IMG/VR virus record: IMGVR_UViG_3300028797_000128
Location: 32,001-96,000 of that record
Length of the DNA stretch: 64,000 bases
Origin: a virus
Taxonomy: Duplodnaviria; Caudoviricetes
Strand: one strand, 5' to 3'
Shown one piece after another: positions 57,861 to 64,000 of the stretch (its first letter is position 1; each line of letters begins with the position of its first letter). The translations under genes and the position numbers were made by a program. The notes under the pieces were generated by a model. It saw only the letters and a list, made by a program, of their open reading frames with translations. It did no database searches and had not been told where the DNA came from.

Positions 57861-58817
57861 ATGGCTCTTACAGAAAACGGAATGGACACAACAATGCTTG
57901 TATCTCCTACTGGTGGCTACGGCGGTGGCAACGGACTCTTTGGTGGCGGAGACTCATGGCTCGGCATACTGTTCCTCATCGCACTCTGTAACGGTGGCTT
58001 TGGCTTTGGCGGCTTTGGCGGCGGTTATGGCGCAATGATGGGAATGGGCATGGCAGATGGCTTCGGTCTTTATCCGTGGCTCAACAACAGCCAGAACATC
58101 AACGATGGATTCCGTGACCAGATGCTTAACTCCACAGTACAGGGCATCCAGAACTCTATCACAAGCGGATTTGGTGACGTACAGCTTGGCATTGCAGGTG
58201 TAAATCAGAACATCTGTCAGACTGGCAACGGCATTACAAGTGCAATCAATCAGGGATTTGCAAGCACAAATCTCGGTATGTGTCAGGGCTTCAATGGCGT
58301 GAATAATTCTATCTTTGGAGCACAGACTGCAATTTCTCAGCAGCTTAATGGTAATGAGATAGCAAATCTTGAAAGAAGTTTTGCTTCACAGACAGCTAAT
58401 TCTCAGGGCTTAAACGCTATTCAGTCACAGCTTGCTAACTGCTGTTGTGAGAATCGTGCAGCTACCGCTGACGTAAAGTACACACTCGCACAGGAAGGAT
58501 GTGCTACAAGAACCGCTGACGCTCAGAATACCAATGCGCTTCTCACAGCCTTTAATAGTGGTATTCAGAGCATTAAGGATCAGCTTTGCTCAGACAAGAT
58601 TGAGAGCAAGAACGACATCATTGCACAGCTTCGCTCAGAGCTTATGTTCGCTCGTGGACAGGCTTCACAGGATGTTCAGACAGGGGTTATCCAGCTTGGT
58701 CAGAGAAATCTCGCTAACGAAATAGAGCAGTATGTTGCTCCAAAGGCTATCCCCGCTTACATGGTACAGAACCCTAATTGCTGTGCCAACGCTTGCGGTT
58801 GCAACGGCTCATTTTAA
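57861..58817 (+). CDS. Gly-rich, hydrophobic-segment, coiled-coil protein with Cys clusters
   Basis: GGGDSWLGILFLIAL, LANCCCENR, C-terminal CCANACGC; biased codons, strong RBS. Confidence 0.85.
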   Translation: MALTENGMDTTMLVSPTGGYGGGNGLFGGGDSWLGILFLIALCNGGFGFGGFGGGYGAMMGMGMADGFGLYPWLNNSQNINDGFRDQMLNSTVQGIQNSITSGFGDVQLGIAGVNQNICQTGNGITSAINQGFASTNLGMCQGFNGVNNSIFGAQTAISQQLNGNEIANLERSFASQTANSQGLNAIQSQLANCCCENRAATADVKYTLAQEGCATRTADAQNTNALLTAFNSGIQSIKDQLCSDKIESKNDIIAQLRSELMFARGQASQDVQTGVIQLGQRNLANEIEQYVAPKAIPAYMVQNPNCCANACGCNGSF

Positions 58818-58835
58818 TGATGGGCGGTGATAACT

Positions 58836-59324
58836 ATGGCAGCAGAATACAGCAGTAATGCTACACAGGTAGTACAGGCTACCGCACCTGTAATCTTTAC
58901 GGAATCCCCCGTTCCTTGCAACGCAGGACTTGTATTCCATAGAGATGAAAGCGGAATCTTCTTACTCGCAAACAATGCACCTACTTTTAAAGGTTGCTAT
59001 GAGTGCAGACGAGTATATGAAACACTTTACAACGTGGAGTTCCACGGCAATATCAGTTTGCCCGAAGAACCCGCAGGAACAGTTGAACCTATCAGCCTTG
59101 CAATTGCAATAGGCGGTGAAACTGATCCGAGTTCCATTATGACAGTAACCGTACCTCTGGTTTCAGACGTATCGGGCGATAATGTCGGAGCTTCAATAAT
59201 CGTGGCAGTACCAAGTCTTTGTGGCTGTCAGAGTGTTTCAGTACGCAACATAAGCACACAGGCAATTAATGTGATGAACGCTAATATTATCTTTGAATAT
59301 ATTGGCACTCGCAGGATTAGATGA
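58836..59324 (+). CDS. Beta-sandwich (BclA-C/C1q-like) Cys-containing protein
   Basis: Q.V....PVIF...YNVEFHGNI...SVRN...NANII pattern. Confidence 0.55.
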   Translation: MAAEYSSNATQVVQATAPVIFTESPVPCNAGLVFHRDESGIFLLANNAPTFKGCYECRRVYETLYNVEFHGNISLPEEPAGTVEPISLAIAIGGETDPSSIMTVTVPLVSDVSGDNVGASIIVAVPSLCGCQSVSVRNISTQAINVMNANIIFEYIGTRRIR

Positions 59325-59338
59325 AAGGTAGGTAGAAC

Positions 59339-59773
59339 ATGGATAAGAAGTTAGATACCCTGTATGACCTTTGCGAAACAGTGTCAAAGGAACTTGAAAG
59401 TGCAAACGAGAAGATTAATGGTGCAGGTGGTGAACTGAGTGCTGGCGATTTGGAATACCTTGACAAACTCACCCACACAATGAAGTCTCTCAAGACCACT
59501 ATCGCTATGATAGAGGCAGAGGACGGACACAGTGGCTATTATATGGGCGGCAGATATTACTACGACAATGATATGTCTATGGAAGGCAGAGGCGGTCGTT
59601 CTAACGCTCGTGGTGGTCGTAGTTCTTATGCAAGACGAGGCTCATACGCTCGTGGCTACAGCAGAGATGATGCGAAAGAGGACTTCATCGACGAGATAGA
59701 AGAACTCGTGGAGAAAGCTCCTGATGAGCGTACTCGCAAGAAATTTGAAAGATTCCTTTCCGAAATGAAGTAA
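59339..59773 (+). CDS. Helical protein with RGG/RGS-rich low-complexity segment
   Basis: GRGGRSNARGGRSSYARRGSYARGYSR. Confidence 0.8.
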   Translation: MDKKLDTLYDLCETVSKELESANEKINGAGGELSAGDLEYLDKLTHTMKSLKTTIAMIEAEDGHSGYYMGGRYYYDNDMSMEGRGGRSNARGGRSSYARRGSYARGYSRDDAKEDFIDEIEELVEKAPDERTRKKFERFLSEMK

Positions 59774-59887
59774 GCTAAGGCTCTTTCGGGTGGTGGTGTA
59801 ACAGCCATCACCCCTCAAATATGGAAATTCAGGTGGCAAGATAATGTCGCCTTTAATATATAAAAACTAAATGAAAGGAGTGATCGC

Positions 59888-60085
59888 ATGAAATTAATAC
59901 TCCAAAAATTAGCAAAACTCATTGATGTAAAAACGTTTGTGACTTTCTCACTAACGGCAACATTTGTGTATCTATGTGTGTTAGACAAAGTTGAACCTCA
60001 AATATTTTTGACAATCTACAGTTCAGTATTGGGTTTTTATTTTGGCACACAGCATGAAAAAAAGAATAGTGATGGAAAGGAGTGA
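59888..60085 (+). CDS. Holin
   Basis: Two TM segments, LAKLIDVK...GFYFGTQ, charged tail, upstream of endolysin. Confidence 0.82.
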   Translation: MKLILQKLAKLIDVKTFVTFSLTATFVYLCVLDKVEPQIFLTIYSSVLGFYFGTQHEKKNSDGKE

Positions 60086-60089
60086 AAGA

Positions 60090-60839
60090 ATGGCAGGTAA
60101 AGCACAAGATTTAACTGGGTTAGTGTTTGGGAGATGGAAAGTGTTGGAAAGAGCTGAAAATCGTTATTATTCAAATGGTAGGCAAGCCGTATATTGGAAA
60201 TGCCAGTGTCAATGTAGCAACGGAACAATAAGAGATGTATTGGCTACAACATTAAAAACCGGCAAGTCAGTTTCGTGTGGCTGTTATCAAAAGGAAATCG
60301 CAACACAAACAATAGCCGAAGTCCGCAAAAAATATAATGCTTATGTTGTTCATGATGATTATGTCATTTTATATACTTATAAAAATGAACCATTTTTCGT
60401 AGACATAGAAGATTTTGGACGGATTCATAAATACTGCTGGCATAAAAATGATAACGGATACTTGGTTACAACAATCAATCATACTACAGTTTACTTGCAT
60501 AGAATGATTATGAATGCTCCACCTAATATTGATGTTGACCATGAACACGGCTCAAGCACAAAGCATGACAATCGCAAAAGTAATCTTCGCCTTGCAACGA
60601 TATCTCAAAATGGCATGAATAAAGAAAAACAATCCAATAATACATCGGGTTATGTTGGTGTTTCATGGAGTAAAAAATCTAATAAATGGAGATCGCGCAT
60701 CTGTATCAATAAAAAGGAAATATTTTTAGGGGAATATGTCAATATCCAAGATGCTATTGATGCGAGGCGCAAGGCAGAAGAAAAATATTTTGGCGAATTT
60801 GGGTATAAACAAAGCAGAGGAAAAGGACGAGAGGAGTGA
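60090..60839 (+). CDS. HNH homing endonuclease with AP2 domain
   Basis: DLTGLVFGRW, VSCGC, VDH...DNRKSNLR, NNTSGYVGVSW. Confidence 0.92.
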   Translation: MAGKAQDLTGLVFGRWKVLERAENRYYSNGRQAVYWKCQCQCSNGTIRDVLATTLKTGKSVSCGCYQKEIATQTIAEVRKKYNAYVVHDDYVILYTYKNEPFFVDIEDFGRIHKYCWHKNDNGYLVTTINHTTVYLHRMIMNAPPNIDVDHEHGSSTKHDNRKSNLRLATISQNGMNKEKQSNNTSGYVGVSWSKKSNKWRSRICINKKEIFLGEYVNIQDAIDARRKAEEKYFGEFGYKQSRGKGREE

Positions 60840-60845
60840 AAACAT

Positions 60846-61814
60846 ATGGCATTTTTAAACCCCGATAAAACTTATGACGCAAACGGTGTCACGGTAAAAG
60901 AGTATTTACTTACCAATCACAATCCAAACGGAATTGCGATGCCTACGGCGGCATTACCCACAAAGCCCATAGGCATTACAGTTCATAATACTGATTGGAT
61001 TGCAACGGCAAATGGAACTCACCCATCAGAACAATATTCTCGTGCTACCGTGAATGGCAACATGAATGATGTACGTGTGCATTACTATGTGGATAATGTA
61101 TGCGCTTGGCAGATGTTGCCTCTCACTCTTTCAGGTTGGCACGCGGCAGACGGTGGCGGAGATGGTAACCGTAAAACAATATCAATAGAGTGCATTATGT
61201 CGTCTGCTTATAATGACACCGATAAGAAGTCTGAGGATAACTGTGCAAAGTTAGTAGCCTATCTTTTGCACAAATATGGTCTTAATGTAGACGATCATCT
61301 TTATACGCATACTCACTGGCTGAATGTAAGGGATGGCATCAAAGGTTCAAATGATTATCTTAATACTCGCAAACATCCTTATAAGTGGTGTCCTTTATAT
61401 ATACTCCCTCACTGGGCTGCATTTAAAGAAAAAGTTAGGACATATCTTAATGCTCTCAATGGGGCAAGCACCTCACCCGCTGGCTACACTAAGACTCTTG
61501 ATAAAGGAACACCAATCTATAAAGTTATAGGCGAGAATAAAACCGGTGAAATCACAACGACCACAAAATACACTATTGTTGAAGAAAAGATTGTAGGGAA
61601 TATTAAATACGGCAAATTAAAATCTGGTGCTGGCTGGGTTGAACTTGAAAAGATTGAACGCAAATTTGACATTAACAATTCTAATGATGTAAAAGAGCTA
61701 CAAACAGCCCTTAACGAGCATGGCTTCAATTGTGGCGATATAGACGGTATTTTAGGTTCAAAGTCTTACAACGCTATGTTTCAAGCTTTGTGTAAGTTAT
61801 GGCTTGTAGAGTAA
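60846..61814 (+). CDS. Endolysin, N-acetylmuramoyl-L-alanine amidase (Amidase_2) with cell-wall-binding domains
   Basis: ITVHNT, HYYVD, GWHAADG, SIECI, CP; C-terminal GKLKSGAGW and DVKELQ..L...IDGILG. Confidence 0.92.
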   Translation: MAFLNPDKTYDANGVTVKEYLLTNHNPNGIAMPTAALPTKPIGITVHNTDWIATANGTHPSEQYSRATVNGNMNDVRVHYYVDNVCAWQMLPLTLSGWHAADGGGDGNRKTISIECIMSSAYNDTDKKSEDNCAKLVAYLLHKYGLNVDDHLYTHTHWLNVRDGIKGSNDYLNTRKHPYKWCPLYILPHWAAFKEKVRTYLNALNGASTSPAGYTKTLDKGTPIYKVIGENKTGEITTTTKYTIVEEKIVGNIKYGKLKSGAGWVELEKIERKFDINNSNDVKELQTALNEHGFNCGDIDGILGSKSYNAMFQALCKLWLVE

Positions 61815-61839
61815 ATATCATTAAGAAAGGAGGCATTTC

Positions 61840-62061
61840 ATGTTGACTCAGGAAGATTACGCTTTACTGGATAATCGCTACGTGCGAAAAGACGACTGTA
61901 ATGAGAGACATACCATTGAGACAAACAAGATTACTGAATTAACTGTGTCACAGGCTAAGATGAACACACAATTGGGACTTCTTATTAAAATCAGCTCCGT
62001 AACTCTTGGCACAATCATTACAGCTATTATTGGCGCAGTAATGGGAATGATACTGAAGTAG
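61840..62061 (+). CDS. Small membrane protein (XhlA/holin-like)
   Basis: Coiled coil plus C-terminal TM. Confidence 0.65.
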   Translation: MLTQEDYALLDNRYVRKDDCNERHTIETNKITELTVSQAKMNTQLGLLIKISSVTLGTIITAIIGAVMGMILK

Positions 62062-62074
62062 AAGGTGATTTCTC

Positions 62075-62431
62075 ATGGATTGTAGACAATGTGAAGATAG
62101 AAATTGGAGAAATCATTATATAGTAGCACAAGAAAGGTTTGACAAAGTAGTAGCAAGACTAACAATTGGCACAATAATTGCTTTCACAATTGCAGTCCTA
62201 TGTCTCTTTGCCACTATTATAACAATATGGCGAGTGCAGAAATTTATCAACGAATTTGAATATGTAGAAGAAACTGAGATACAAATAGAACAGGATTGTA
62301 GAGGTGAAAACACCGTTATATTAAGCGATGATTCGGAGGTAAGAAATGGGGCAGAAGTACACAGAGAAAAAGAAGAGTTATTGGCGGAAGAAAGCAACAA
62401 CAAAAACAACACCATTACTGTCTACAAATGA
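62075..62431 (+). CDS. Single-pass membrane protein
   Basis: One TM, acidic C-terminus. Confidence 0.7.
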   Translation: MDCRQCEDRNWRNHYIVAQERFDKVVARLTIGTIIAFTIAVLCLFATIITIWRVQKFINEFEYVEETEIQIEQDCRGENTVILSDDSEVRNGAEVHREKEELLAEESNNKNNTITVYK

Positions 62432-62486
62432 GAATGAAAAAGAAAGTTTATGGCAGAAGATAAAGAAGATATTCACCAAAAAATAA
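62346..62486 (+). CDS. Overlapping basic 46-aa peptide
   Basis: GGAGGT RBS, MGQKYTEKKKSYWRKK...SLWQKIKKIFTKK in a different frame. Confidence 0.55.
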   Translation: MGQKYTEKKKSYWRKKATTKTTPLLSTNENEKESLWQKIKKIFTKK

Positions 62487-62489
62487 TTA

Positions 62490-62538
62490 TAGGGTGCATA
62501 TTAGGTCTAATTGACTTGGTATGCACCCTATTTTTTTG
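62490..62538. terminator. Terminator between convergent lysis and integrase units
   Basis: TAGGGTGCATA...TATGCACCCTA then TTTTTTT. Confidence 0.8.
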
Positions 62539-62641
62539 TCTATAAATAATCACTCGTGACTTCTTCAAGTGTCTATTTATAGGCAAAAGCTACCACCAGC
62601 CGTTTCATTTTGTACGGTTCGGAGAAGCGGAGCGTACAACT

Positions 62642-64000
62642 TTACACGCGCCACACGATTTCGATATGGTCTTGAAAAACCAAAATTTTGTCGATTAATA
62701 GGTCTATAACAGCTTTTTTGTCATCAAAAGAAAGCTCGCTCCATTTGCTTACTGCGTTTGATATTCGTGACTGATTTAACTGTTTTGTTTCTTGTTCTGA
62801 CTGGATAGTTTGTATCTCGGATTCGATCTTTCGTTTCTGAGAATCCAAGTCGGCTATCTTCTTTTCTATATAACTTATGGCTACTTGATTAGATGTGGCT
62901 GCGAGAGTGTTTACTATGTTTTCAATCTCTGTCGAAATTTTTTCTCTTTGTAGGTTTAGGCTATCAATTCTGCTATCCACAAGAGTTGTCTTTTCGCATC
63001 TTTTAATTGTTAATGAATCTAACTTGTTTTTGATATGCTCTACGATATCGGCTTCAAATTCATTAGCTTTTAAAGATGGGAGTTTTACGGGGCAACAATG
63101 CATGAAAGAATATCCAGAATCTACAAAGTAACGCACATCTTCACTTCTGCGTCTTTGTGAAATTCTGACTACAAAGGCGTAGCCACAATGTCCGCATTTT
63201 ACTTTGCCAGCAAGGAATGAGTTCTTGGCTTTACAGGTTTTGATTTGATGATTTGCCAAGAGTTTCTTGCGGCAGATGAGCCATGTTGTTGAATCTATTA
63301 TGGGTTGATGTGGTGCTACAACAATATTGTGATTTGATAAATCCCATGTTTTCCGATTATGGTTTTCGCCTTGAAAAAGATATAAGCTTGTCTCTCCTGT
63401 AAAATCGTCAATTGGGTTGATTATGTTGCAACCTTGAGTTTTAAAGAAATTATATGTATCTCTGTTCGCATAAGTATAAATCGGATTGCGCATTACCTCT
63501 GAGATTCGAGATGTTTGCCATGTGTAACCGTCGCGTTTGGTATTAAGCCCTCTTTTGGTTAGTTCTCTTAATACGTCGCCCAAAGTGACTGATGGCTTTG
63601 AGTAAAGTTCATAAATAAATCTTATAACCTCTGCTTCTTCAGGCTGTTGCTCGTACATTGATGTTTTGACACCGTTTATTATTATAGGCACTTTTATATA
63701 GCCATATGGTATCTTGCCACCCATATAGAAGCCTTTCTTGCTTCGGCTTGCATAAGCATCTGCCACACGTTGTTGTATTGTTTCGCGTTCAAGCTGCGCA
63801 AATACAATGCAGATATTTAGCATTGCTCTGCCCATAGGCGATGATGTGTCAAAGTGCTCGGTTGCCGACACAAAGGCGACATTCATCTTTTGAAACAAGT
63901 CCATCATTCGGGAAAAATCAAGGATTGAACGGCTTATACGGTCAAGCTTGTAGACAATAACCTTGTTAATCTTTTTGCTCTTAATGTCCTCTATCATGCG
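62642..64000 (-). CDS. Large serine recombinase (integrase), N-terminus outside window
   Basis: VYKLDRISRS, FAQLERETI..R, GGKIPYGY, NPIY, zinc ribbon CGHCG, coiled coil, C-terminal LIDKILV. Confidence 0.95.
   Translation of the reverse strand, partial: RMIEDIKSKKINKVIVYKLDRISRSILDFSRMMDLFQKMNVAFVSATEHFDTSSPMGRAMLNICIVFAQLERETIQQRVADAYASRSKKGFYMGGKIPYGYIKVPIIINGVKTSMYEQQPEEAEVIRFIYELYSKPSVTLGDVLRELTKRGLNTKRDGYTWQTSRISEVMRNPIYTYANRDTYNFFKTQGCNIINPIDDFTGETSLYLFQGENHNRKTWDLSNHNIVVAPHQPIIDSTTWLICRKKLLANHQIKTCKAKNSFLAGKVKCGHCGYAFVVRISQRRRSEDVRYFVDSGYSFMHCCPVKLPSLKANEFEADIVEHIKNKLDSLTIKRCEKTTLVDSRIDSLNLQREKISTEIENIVNTLAATSNQVAISYIEKKIADLDSQKRKIESEIQTIQSEQETKQLNQSRISNAVSKWSELSFDDKKAVIDLLIDKILVFQDHIEIVWRV

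Larger units (their letters stand above)
1..64000. mobile_element. Large temperate SPbeta-like phage/prophage genome segment (Firmicutes host)
   Basis: Terminase-portal-scaffold-capsid-tail-TMP-lysis order, YonO-like RNAP, YonK-like gene, serine integrase; strong Firmicutes-type RBS (AAGGAGG/GAAAGG); no host housekeeping genes seen. Confidence 0.93.

Noticed and set aside
26400-62415. Numerous 60-150 aa antisense or alternate-frame ORFs in the ORF track
   Set aside because: Shadow ORFs of long genes, lacking RBS and recognisable motifs; only cptN is supported on the minus strand in this span
1-64000. CRISPR array, diversity-generating retroelement or retron
   Set aside because: No regularly spaced repeat-spacer array and no reverse transcriptase motif seen; the only tandem RNA repeats are the two CptI-like units

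Overview
The whole 64 kb window is part of a large temperate Firmicutes (probably Clostridia) siphophage of the SPbeta-like type; no host chromosomal genes are recognisable. Order of modules: (1) a leftward early region of small hypothetical genes with consensus sigma-A promoters (1-4.4 kb); (2) an HTH repressor and an ORF-free strand-switch region (4.5-5.9 kb); (3) a rightward early/middle region with a helicase-like gene and two tnpB-only IS200/IS605 elements (5.9-13.8 kb); (4) a YonO-like single-subunit RNA polymerase followed by ClpP, a beta-CASP nuclease, YonK-like, metallophosphoesterase and homing-endonuclease genes, a tRNA(CAT) and a tyrosine recombinase (13.9-26.3 kb); (5) packaging, head and tail genes, with an inverted type III toxin-antitoxin (CptIN) locus and two paralogous tail-tube genes (26.3-56.1 kb); (6) an uncharacterised seven-gene ferritin-like/Cys-Gly-rich cassette (56.2-59.8 kb); (7) lysis genes and a large serine integrase cut by the window edge. 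The most striking unexplained signal is a dense layer of structured RNA: a twister ribozyme, two covarying pseudoknots with telomerase-like triple-helix architecture, three-way-junction leaders whose loops are complementary to the downstream ribosome-binding site, a ~370-nt structured region before the tRNA, and an orphan TnpB right-end/omega-RNA remnant. All calls come from motif reading and synteny recall; no database searches or folding programs were run.
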